Assembly (NCBI RefSeq): GCF_009914755.1
Contig: NC_060927.1
Strand: one strand, 5' to 3'
Source of the DNA: the human T2T-CHM13v2.0 reference genome, Homo sapiens
Length of the DNA: 64,000 bases
Below, in pieces: positions 53,411-64,000 of the stretch. A program made the translations under genes and the position numbers. Position 1 is the first letter of the stretch; each line of letters starts with the position of its first letter. The notes under the pieces are model-generated. The model searched no databases, was not told where the DNA came from, and worked only from the letters and a program-made list of their open reading frames with translations.

Positions 53411-54999
53411 CTTCTGTTGTAATAGTGTATGTCCACCTGTTCACCTACCTCCCTCAAGTGACATCCAGGGGCATTTGAGGTCACATACCTGTGTTCAGAG
53501 TGTGCAATGAGCAGGGGTCCCTCCTCATGCATACTGCCAATCTCGAATGCACACACCAAATAAATGGCTAGAAGCATAATGGTTTCCCCTGTACTACCAC
53601 ATGTGCTACTCTAAGTCTACATGTACTAAAATAGCCAGAAGCATTATATTATTTTGTTTAAAATAAGCTTCCAGGAGAGATGAAATCATCAAGAATTAAT
53701 GTAAGTGACCATCTTCCAACAGAGATGGTGCTAACAAATGATGTGAGACACAGATCAGTGACCTCTTCAATTACCCCAGCTCCACCTGAAAAGTCCAAGT
53801 CAGCTGCCAAAGCACATTTATGGCTCTCTCTGGACTTGTGCAGTCACTGTTGTGTTCATTTACTTTAGCCTTTATATAATTAGCCCACAGATAGTATTAG
53901 ATGGTGATAATGTACACGTGCATCACACTCCGTTTACAGGCTTGTAGTGAAGGCTGTTAGTCACACTCCATGTGACTACAACCAAATCTGTCACACAGTC
54001 TAAACTGACCAATAAATCCATGTCAAGTGGAGAGAATAATTTAAGTGATAATAAAAGGCAACCGGTTTAGATTTTGATCTTATTGGCATAAGTTTCCTGC
54101 TGCCTAAATGTCATTTAACTCTTGAGGGAACAGCGATGAGGGCCCTGAACCTTCCAGGCGTAAGTTTAACAGTGGGGATTAAAAGAGATGTTAGCCTCCT
54201 GAAGATAAACTAATTGTTAGATCCAATTTTAAATTAATAAGTGCCATCAATGGCGGAGAAGCAACTGATAGGATTTGAGGGGTCCTTGGAGGTGCATTCT
54301 GTGGACGCAGTTGCTATGGTGATGGGTTTGTTCTCCAGGAGACAGAAGCTGGAACACAGGATGCTTGGAAGTAGGATGTCATTGTCCACATGAAGCACAC
54401 CCTGACTTATAGCTATGAAGCTTCCAGGGTCCCACCAAAGGCGTTTTTGCTTCCAGCACTGCCTTGGCAGATGCAGCAGCCTGTGGGCTAATGCCATTGA
54501 TGTCCGGCAAATGTTCCAGGAGTGGTGCCTAGCCCAGCTTCTCCCTCTGTTAGGTACTAGAAAGAGCAGAAAATTGCCTGTGCATATGGAGAGGAAGAAT
54601 GGGTGAACAGGAGCCCTGACATTGTGATGAGACGTGTGAATTCATTTCATAAAATTCATTCTGAACACTGATCAGAACACACATCAGAAGAACTGATGTT
54701 CTTCCCAATTCAAAGACAAAACATGATATCTGGCTTTTTCACCAGTCCCCATTCAATGTTTATGATATCCAGGTGACAGTATCATGGAGTCACTTCCAAA
54801 TCTGAGGCTGGGGAGCAGTAGTTAGATTCTTAGGTCAGTGAGAAAGGGAACAGTGGCAGATATTTAAAATAATGGTTGGAAACCCCTGAATTTGCAAGTC
54901 AGATACAATACACCCAGTTTTTTACATACTGTTCAGGTATTCTTATGCATATTAAAGTTCGAGAACCTGAGAAAAATTAAAGGACTGTTGTCCTACTTT

Positions 55000-55480
55000 T
55001 ACTTGTGTCCAAGATACCCCATTCCCAATGCCCCTGCTGGATCCTTCTCATCTCTACAATCCTGTAGGTTGGACTGTCCCTGGTTCAGACATTGAGCCTT
55101 AGTTCTCATCTGTTTATACTCACTCCATTGGGCAATCTAATCAAGTCTCACAGCCTTAAGCCCATCCAAAACCCATTCACATCCTGACCACTTTTAAATA
55201 GGTATCTTTAGCCTGGACATGCCACCCAAATACCAGATTTATATATCCAACTCTCTATTCAACACCTCCACCTGAATGTCTACCTGCCATATCAGGCAAG
55301 CCCAAAACTGAATCTCTAATATTTCCCCCTACAATCCTGTTCTTCCAGTCTCCTACATCTCACTAAATAATTCCATTTTAGTTATAGGAGCCAAAAACCT
55401 CGGAGTCATTCTCAACTCTTATGCCCCACATCTAATCCAACAAACGTTTACTCTGTTTTCCCAAAATATACCAACATGTG
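55000..55480 (+). mobile_element. L2
   Basis: atatccaactctctattcaacacctccacctgaatgtc...gccaaaaacctcggagtcattct. Confidence 0.75.
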
Positions 55481-56980
55481 TACCTGTCAGCTCAAGAGTT
55501 TATTCCCCTAGACATATGCCTCTCTCACTTAATGAATATTAGTAGGTGCATTTGTTGTGTTGTGGATTAAATGAGATTATATTTGTCAATGCTGTTTGGG
55601 ACCGGGCACATAGTACATACTTGAAAATATTGGCTGGATTTGAATCTGAATTTTGTTGATCAGACTCACATTCATCTGTAGTATTTTTGAAAAGCTTCAG
55701 AGAAGCCCTTAGCTACCTCTTTGTTGTTGTTCCTAGTTGGCATGTCCTTGGGCTTGGTTTCAGGACCCTTCATGCTGTGGTGATCCGACTGATCATGAAA
55801 TCTCCATGAGGACAGAGACCATGTCTGCTGTGCTCTCTGTTGTGCCAGCACAAGGTGGCCAGGTACAAGGCTCACTAGAGAAGGAAGACTGCTTGTGAAT
55901 GTGTGAGAATCACTGGGATAAGAATGAGCCCTCAGCATCTCTAAATGGTGTGCCTTTTTTTATGTTTATGAGAATGTCAGGAGTGGATGAGATATTTACC
56001 TGCATGGCACTGCTACAAGAACCATCAGACCATGCAGCTTCATTTCCAAGTGCCACTGTGAGTCTGGCAGGATTGCTTACGACAGCTCCCTGAAGGTGTA
56101 CAATCTTCAGTGCCACCTCATCAAACATTTAGCACTTCTTCAATTGTGCTAAGAAGACTGACAATAGTGAACTAAAAATGTAAATATAATATCCTTGTTA
56201 ATGAATCATGCCTTTTTGTGGTGATTCTCAGTTTAAAAAAAACCTGAGAAAGCTAGATGAAGGAAAGTCATGACATATTAATGATTTCAAATGTGTCCTG
56301 GAATTGGCAGAACAGAAAGTGGCATGAATAATTCAAATAAGACACCGATTTTTTTCCCCTTCTTGCAAAAGGTTAAAGCGTGAAAAATAGGGGAGGGGGC
56401 TTCTGGAAAGACAGGCAGATCTATCGTGTATTCTGGCGATCTCCTTGCATTTGGAGGGTTAATAGAAGTTCAAGCAACATAGGACACCATCGAGTCATTC
56501 TGAGGGGATTATATTGAAATCTTTTGACACCATATTTAGTTCCTTCTGACTCTGGCAGCTGCTGAGGAGAGTTAAGACTGAATGTTTGATGCCCAGTGAA
56601 TTAGAGTATTTTTGAACTCAAATCTCCAAATCCTGAAGGAATGGCCACTGAGAAGAAAGGAAAGCAGGAAAGAGTGCTGGGGGCAGTTGATTTAGTGCCC
56701 TCTCTCCTTATCTCTACCACGCAAATGATGATGGGAGTCGGATATGAAATGGCCTGAAAGGAAGCTTCGAGTATAGATGATGTCTGTGAGTAGGCCACAA
56801 ATAAAAGCCAATAGAGCTACCTTTTGCTTTAGTACCTTTTCCTCATTGTCTTTTCCCCTGAAACTACTTTTAAAAGCATAGCTATAGTGTTCCAAATGAA
56901 AGCGGAGTTTATTTTAGCTGTGCATAGATTGTCATGGGTTAATATTCATGAGTAAGATTTTCTATCAGATGGACATAATG

Positions 56981-57095
56981 TAGATCTGTGTGTGTATATA
57001 TATATACATATATACACATACAGATCTAATGTGTGTGGGTATATTTTATACACATGCATACACATATACATAAAACATATGCACACATACAATGA
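56981..57095. repeat. (TG/TA/CA) low-complexity tract with a fold-back hairpin
   Basis: tagatctgtgtgtgtatata...tatatacacatacagatcta. Confidence 0.85.
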
Positions 57096-57404
57096 ATATA
57101 TTTGAACAGTGCAGCAAAGAATGTTTTTTTAAAAAACTACGATGAGTGTGCTCAAGGCTCGAATTAATAAAGAATGAGGATTTAAGTGATTAGGGCAAGA
57201 TGAAATCTCAGGAAGTCTATGAATTTGAAGTTCTCTTTCAGAGGTTCAGCAGAGAAGATAAATCAATAGGTACTTGAGTCAATCCGTAAATTATCTGTTG
57301 CAGGTTGTCTTTTAGAAGTTGGCCCAAAGGGATTAGAACAAAGGGAAAAGGAAAGAAATCAGCCCACAGAATCAGGCAGCAGTCTGCAGCTGGGAAAAGG
57401 ACAG

Positions 57405-57640
57405 TCCATCCATCTATCTATCCATCCATCCACCCATCCACCCACCTGTCCATCTGTTTATATACTGAGTGTATACGAATGCCAGGCACTATGCAAGGTA
57501 CTGTGGATATGAAATAAAAAACCAGAACCCTTCACTTCACTGAGGTCTCAGCCCAGTGGGTGAGAGAAACAAGGAAACCTGGAACTTGATTATCATATGC
57601 TGAGCTATGATAAGAAGGGAGTAGCAGGCTCTGGGTATGC
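57405..57640 (-). mobile_element. L2 3' end with (CCAT)n tail
   Basis: ccatccatc...atgccaggcactatgcaaggtactgtggata. Confidence 0.75.
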
Positions 57641-58365
57641 AAAAAGGGGGCAATAATTATTCATCACAAAGCTATCTAAGATTCCAGACTTTTAGGAGTC
57701 AGAAAGCAACTCCTTTCTGTGAAGATTAAGCTACATGAAAGCTGAATTTCCTATTTTGTTTATTTACACCATGTAACTTATATAATCATTTATAATGTTT
57801 TAGAGGCATTTTCCATGTATCTCTCCATATACTAAGAACTGACATAAATGACTTTTTTCCTGCCCAATCATAGCTATGTATAGACCATTCCCAAATCAAA
57901 TAATACTTGCAGATTTTTATTTGAGCCCCTACCATGTGCCAATCCTTGTGCTAGGAAGCTATCTTACCCTCACAATGTATACTACAAATACATACATTTT
58001 ATCCACTAATATCGTGCAACATATGACACACAATCAGTAGGGTTAGCCTAGAAATAAATTAAAGAGTGTCTAATTCATGGTGGCCTGCAAGTGAAATGTG
58101 CCCCAAACACGTAGTGTTTTGCTTAGTTTAATTTAAATGTTTATCTTAGGTATGTATGGGGAGAGTGGGGTTAAGGTTTCACATCTAGTGTTTCCCAGGG
58201 CACCCTCTTGTAGCCTTGTCCAAAGACTTTGAGTTAATAATCCCTGAATCCTGGTGCAAGCCCTTCCTTTTCCAAGGGAGGAAAAGGAGGCTGGGGAAAA
58301 TTAATTTACTTCCCAAAGTCAGTGCTCAGTCGTCCTTGCCCTCCAGGACTTTGGCATCTAGACAT

Positions 58366-58925
58366 TGTTGGATACAGTGGGTTCTAGATTTCTCTTCGAA
58401 GAATCAGTATGTCAGTATATTCAGTTCTTTGTCCTCCATTTTAAAGTTTAACTTCCTCGTAGTTTCAGTAAACAATCTTTTCCACCAGTTTTAAGCAGTT
58501 CACATCTGTTCCCCTGGTCACCTGCTCCATCCTGACTCATCATGGTCACCTTCTTTGACCTGAGTCACCCCTGGTCACCTGCTCTGACCTAAGTCACCTT
58601 TAGTTACCTGTTCCATAACAGTCTTCCCTGCCAAACTGCTCACGCTGCCACTCTGGCTCATACCCCCGGCACTCTTTAAAATAGCCAATCAGAATTAGCT
58701 TAGACTATGCAGTCCAACCCTAGACAATAGGGGAATGACACAGCAGTAGGGGCTACCTGTTTCTGCAATAAGAACCCCTTCCCCTCCCTTGTTCAGGTGG
58801 GCTCTTGCTATTGCTCCATCTGCAAGCTACACCCTTCTATAGAAGTAAAATTGCCTTGCTGAGAAAATTAAATTTACGTTTGAGTACTATTTCTGTGCAG
58901 CACTGAGGAATGAGCATTTCTAACA
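58366..58925 (+). mobile_element. LTR10 (LTR10A/F-like, HERV-I) solo LTR, complete
   Basis: TG...CA ends, TSD acat (58362-58365 / 58926-58929), gaatcagtatgtcagtat 5' signature, internal repeat of about 29 bp, agccaatcagaattagcttag. Confidence 0.85.
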
Positions 58926-60039
58926 ACATGGAGACAATTTAATTCCTATGAACCACTCCAAATGCCACTTGAGGCAGCCCTATTGGGTTCTACACCCAGC
59001 CACATCAGAATCAACTAAGAATCAACTACAAATCAACTACACCCAGTCATATCAGAATCAACTAAGCTACTTTTGCTTAATTGGCTGTCTTCTGTGTGTA
59101 TGCTTTTAAAACTTTCTTGGGGGGAAAGAACAAGAATATATGCACATTTTAAAAGAATCAAACCACTCAAAGGGGTATATAATCAAAATTCCTAGTTTCC
59201 TATCCTCTAGGCCAAACCCATTAACAATTGTTATGTATTCCTCTGCAACACACCCAAGATCATGCAGCTTATAAGAGGCAGAGCCAAGATATGAGTTCAG
59301 CTCCACTTTAGAGTCTGTGTTAAGTTATTCTAAACTGCCTCTTTGGGTATCTTAGTCTGTTTAATCAAATGGTCAATTTAATTTTTTAAAAAAGATGGAA
59401 TGACCTAGACAATAGAATGTTCACTTTTCATTGAATTGTGTTGCTTTAATCTAGATGTAGCAACAGTGGGTATCCTTTCTGCCATCAACAGCATTGGAGC
59501 TACGTTCTGGGGGATGTGTGTCTTGGGTAGAAAGATCATAATCACTTTCAGATGACATTTTCCTCAGATCTCTTGGAAGGTTGGAATAGGAAGTGGGTTT
59601 TGTCACTCTGATATTCTTTGTCAGAAAGACCTTATCTAACCTCCAAGAATTCTAGGTCTCCAGGAACATGTATAGCTCAGGACCTAATCCATAGAGATGG
59701 TCTTTCCTGGTGTGAGTGTAAATGAATGTCCTTGAGGCCATTCACTTAATTTAACTCAGGTCTGAGGCAGGACTTTGAAAAGCCTGAGTAACCCTTGGAG
59801 TGTGTACCTAAGTGTGCCTGTTGGTAGGACAGGTGAGGAGGGTTCCGGGTGAAGTTCTGAGGTGAGCTCCCACAAGAAGCAGAAGACAGATGACTGACAG
59901 AGTGGCTCAGTGAGAAGAATCTGTTTATTCACATGGTTGAGGAAACACATCCTGCACCTGGATGGGGTCTCTAGGATCCATTGTATGTCTAGCTCCTCAA
60001 CAGTCCTCAAGTTCCAATTTAGTGTCTGCTCCAGAAAGC

Positions 60040-60190
60040 AGACCTTCAATTTCCTCATGTATAAAATGGGGATATTAACAGTACCTAACTCAGTGTTTTG
60101 TGAAGATTAAATGAGGTAATATATGTTTTTGTGTGTATGATACATACATACACATATCACTTAGAAAAATGACACATTAATAACTGATAT
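60040..60190 (+). mobile_element. MIR
   Basis: ttcctcatgtataaaatggggatattaacagtacct...gaagattaaatgagg. Confidence 0.8.
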
Positions 60191-61324
60191 ATGCAGAAGC
60201 TAGTTACACTGTTTGGACAAAGTCTTTCAAATATTATTTATTTCAAATTGTTTTTCCTAGATGGACAAGCCCCGGGACAGAAAAATTAAAGCTAATTGTA
60301 TTGTAACAGGAGGGGTATATATGATATACATTAATTGCATTTATCCAGCAGTTCCTCGCTCACAAAAAGCACATCAAAATTGTTCATTTCAACACAATAT
60401 AGTAGGATATAAGGTATAAAATAATTACTTTGGGCCTCAATTTTGACAGACCTTATAAGAATCTTACTTTTAAAATCGCTAACTCGGTGTGAAAAATAAA
60501 AACAAAGTTTAAATTGAACACTATCTCATATTCCTTCATTTGAGGTTTGTTTCTCTCTTTTTATTTGGTCCTTTTGACAGGATTTAATGGAAGCAATGGA
60601 AGCCAAGAAGGGTCATAAGGCATTAACTGACGAGGAAAACTTGCACAGAAAATTGTAGGAGGAAAGGACATTTCATTCATCTCTCCCCACTTGGCACAGT
60701 GCCCTTTCCCCAGAGGCAAAGTCACTGTGAGAGAAATGAGTCTCTGCCTGGTGTGGGCAGAGGGTGGAGAGACCTAGAATCTAGTTTATATTTACACTGA
60801 TATATACTCACTCAATGTCACATCTGTGATTCTATTATTAATAATATAGTAGTTATAGTCCCTTATTCATTGCTTTAAGATTACGGATTTTTTTAAAAGC
60901 ATAGAGTGGCTATTTTAAAATGTATTAAAACATCTCAAGTGTTTTTTAAAAATGAACAGCCATAGTTTTTTTTTTATTTACTTCAATTTAGGAAATAAAA
61001 GCTTATTTAATAAAAAAATGTTGTAAAAGTGTACATATTAACATTATAAGTTCAATAGAGTTTTCCTAATTTATGTTACTGCAAGAACTCTAATGCCAAT
61101 TAGTAAAAATTATGGGGTCTTAATGAAACATGTGTTGCCACATCGGAAAGTGTTGCAGGCAAAAGGAAGGTGTGTTCAGAGGCCTATAGGGTAGAGAGAG
61201 CACCATGTATTTATAAGAGGCATATAAGACATTCTGGTTGGACTGAACAGAGTATGAAAAAGGCAGGAGGCAAGAACTGAGGCTGGAGAGAACACCTATC
61301 TTGATGGTCAGTCACTCTGTGTAC

Positions 61325-61688
61325 AAGTGGCTCTCAAAATGTGACCCAGAACCAGGAGTGCCAGCACCATCTGAGAACTTTTGAGAAATGCAGATTCTCT
61401 GCCCCATGCAGATCTACTGAATGAAAAACTCTGGAGGAAGGCCCAGCAATCTGTGCTTTATACAAGCCCTCTGAGTGATTCTAATGCTTTGGTTCCAAAG
61501 GCCTGAAAACCAGGAGTGTAGACCGAGCTGAAAGATTTCTCCTGCACATTACAATCACCGGGGGGACTTTGAATACAGACATCTGAGCTCCACCCAAGCC
61601 AGTTAAATCTGAGAGATGGGCTCTAGCATTGGTATTTTCTGAAAGTTCACTAGATAATTTCAATTTAGGACCAGGTTTAGAACTACTG
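61325..61688. mobile_element. Two adjacent MER5-family hAT-Charlie MITEs
   Basis: agtggctctcaaa...gaaatgcagattctc...tctactgaat...gtgattctaatg; second copy acattacaatcacc...ccaggtttagaactactg. Confidence 0.75.
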
Positions 61689-62051
61689 GTTCAGACTAAA
61701 GTTTCATAATCTGTAACGCGATTGGGATATAGTGTGTGCCAAAATAGCACTCAGACCCACTGTTTCCCAAAACTGGAGCCAATTTTAAAATGATTTTTCA
61801 GTGGGGTCATTTTACCTTCATTTCGTTTCTAGTAACAACAAACCTTTTCTCAGCAATTATGAACCCAGCAAGATTGTTGAGGCCAGTGCTATGGAATCAA
61901 GCAGAACTTGGTCTCTTCTCTCCCAGAGCATGGGCCCCCACACCCTTTTCTAACAGCAGCACTCAGACGAGCCCCTGTTCCCATTTCACACGGGTCAAAC
62001 ACACTCTATATATGTTTGTTTTTTGTTGTGGTGGTTTTTTGTTTTTGGGGT

Positions 62052-62077
62052 TGTGTGTGTGTGTGTGTGTGTGTGTG
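62052..62077. repeat. (TG)13 microsatellite
   Basis: Read directly. Confidence 0.95.
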
Positions 62078-62671
62078 TTTAAGGCCATACAGTCAACACA
62101 CTTTATCAAATCCCCTCCATCCCCTGACCAGTGGTCTCCAGATAGGGGAGCCCAGTAGGCACAGGACTTCCCTTGCCACTGACAGCCCACACATGCAAGC
62201 ACCCCAAAGTGAGGTCCTGGAGGAATAAGCAGTGGAGGATGCCAATAGTGTGAAAAGTTGTCTCATTTCTTTTCAGCATCCCCAGGCTTAGCTGGAAACT
62301 TCTTTCCTTTCTAGTGAGAAAACAGACTCTGAAGGGGCAGGCATTTCCCATTAGTCCTCAAAATAAAGTCAGAAGAAATGCAGGAGAGGTTTTCAGATGA
62401 TTGATTGCCTGCTCAGGTTAGGCGTCTCCTTGGGCTTCTTGCCTTCCTCCTCCTGCCTTCCAGTCTCCATGCTACTCTGCAGAGGGAAAAGCTCTCGTTA
62501 TCGCCTACATTTCCTGGGACTTTAATCCAGAGCAGAGAGGAATACGTTTACCTGGGAAAAGGAGCAATGGAACACCTTCCTGCTTTACAGCCACCTCCCC
62601 TCCAAATAATGAACTCCAATCCCAGTCAGTAGTTAATGAAAAGCAGAGTGGTATGAGCCCAATTAAACCCT

Positions 62672-62789
62672 TAGAGCTCCTGCATATAGTTGTACAGGTT
62701 GCACACTGAGCAACTCCATAGATTGCAAAGTGAATAGCACCTTGAAGTTGTGCAGCACATAATCTGCACAGCTATACGTGACAGCCCTG
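62672..62789. mobile_element. MER91-like hAT-Tip100 palindromic MITE
   Basis: atatagttgtacaggttgcacactg...gttgtgcagcacataatctgcacagctatacgtgacagccctg; long imperfect inverted repeat. Confidence 0.75.
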
Positions 62790-63384
62790 CCAACACTGAC
62801 GCTTTGCTCAGGCAAATAATAAAGGGTAATACTGTACATTCACTTTTTCCAAGACAAAGTAGGAATAGAAGACCCTGCTATACAAAATTTTCTATAACGG
62901 TGCTATCAAGACTTCTAAGTTATTCAAATTCTCATCTGCTCAAGAAAATCAGATGTCTTTCTGAATAAATAGAATGCTTGTTTATTTCCTTCCTTGTTAC
63001 AAATCTGAGGTGGTTTATAGTTATATTTATATATGTACATAGGTTCACATAAATAGAATTGAAAGATTGAAACAGTGAAAAGGATAAAGAAATTATGCTA
63101 ACCATGGAATTAACACACTTACTATAAACATTATGTTTAAATTTAATTAAGTCTTCTGGAAGCAAAGGCAAAATAGAGAAATACCATAATTACATAATTC
63201 ATAGGTAATAGATAAAAACATATGAAAACTTAAGAGCATAACTCCTTTTCCTGACTCTCAATCATTAAAGAAATGTATCATCATGAAGCTAATGTACTTT
63301 CCCATCTTGGCCAGAGAGCAATGGTGAGACTGGGTGAGAGGGTAGAACTTTGATACCTATGTCTACCAAACCTGCCCGATGTCT

Positions 63385-63605
63385 ACATCGGTCAAGGTTT
63401 CAGGCATTTAAGCCAGCCAGTTAGGTTCAAATCCCAGCTGTCCTTGGACCAGGTGCTTAGCATGGCTTCAGTTTTCTGGCCTGTAAATGGAGGTAAAATG
63501 TTACCCACCTCATGATCTGCCTGTGAGAGTGCATGAAATAATGGCAATGATGTGTGTGTTAACACAGCATCTGTTCCACAGTAAGCCCTCAGTATATGTT
63601 TGTTC
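63385..63605 (+). mobile_element. MIR
   Basis: ggttcaaatcccagct...ttcagttttc...ctgtaaatggagg. Confidence 0.7.
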
Positions 63606-64000
63606 TCATTGTTGAAGCTTGGGATAGTAGAGGGGGAGTGAGAACTTGTAGCTTAGATCGGATGCTAGAGCTATACACCAAGATGCCCAAAGCAGACAAG
63701 AATCATTTAAAATCAAAGGACACATGAGATGACAGGGCAAAGAAACCAGAGTGAGGAGCCTTTTGGGGGAATCCTGAGATGACCAGCCTTTGTACCCAAG
63801 AATTTGAATAACGCCCAGTTCCACCCCTCAGGAAAGCCTTTGCTTTTCTTTAAAGCATCACTTTGCAACCAGTGGGTGACATGGAAAAGAAATAACTATT
63901 AGGTTAGCAATAGTTTTGCTACAAATGCAAAAGGAACCTGTACGTGTTGTGGGTTCTTGAGTCATTCCTGAGTGATGATCAGGGCATCCAATGATCTGGC

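Noticed and set aside
58514-58615. Roughly 29-bp periodic repeat considered as CRISPR-like
   Set aside because: Head-to-tail LTR-internal VNTR with no unique spacers, in a eukaryotic context with no cas genes
62400-62560. Minus-strand acceptor-like sites and a short METGRQEEEGKKPK reading frame
   Set aside because: No matching GT donor, the frame stops quickly, and no known protein is recognised

Overview
This is primate (very likely human) non-coding genomic DNA: AT-rich, CpG-depleted, with no CpG island. I found no recognisable protein-coding gene, RNA gene or CRISPR array. The ORF track is explained by Alu/L1/L2/LTR read-through and chance ORFs. Much of the window is interspersed repeat: about 9 Alu pieces, L1PA/L1PB/L1M/HAL1 fragments, many L2 and MIR copies, solo LTRs (MER21, MST/MLT1, LTR33, MER39, LTR16, LTR10) and hAT MITEs. 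Subfamily names come from remembered consensus sequences, and boundaries of old repeats are approximate. L1 orientation hints that the window is intronic to a minus-strand transcript. I did not find a new biological system. The most notable structures are: two tandem perfect 56-bp palindromes inside a (GATA)n array; a 30-bp RFX/E-box-like palindrome; an LTR10 solo LTR with an AP-1 tandem repeat; two perfect oestrogen response elements plus DR5 and DR4 nuclear-receptor clusters; a candidate L1PB 3' transduction; and a candidate 90-nt in-frame minus-strand exon.
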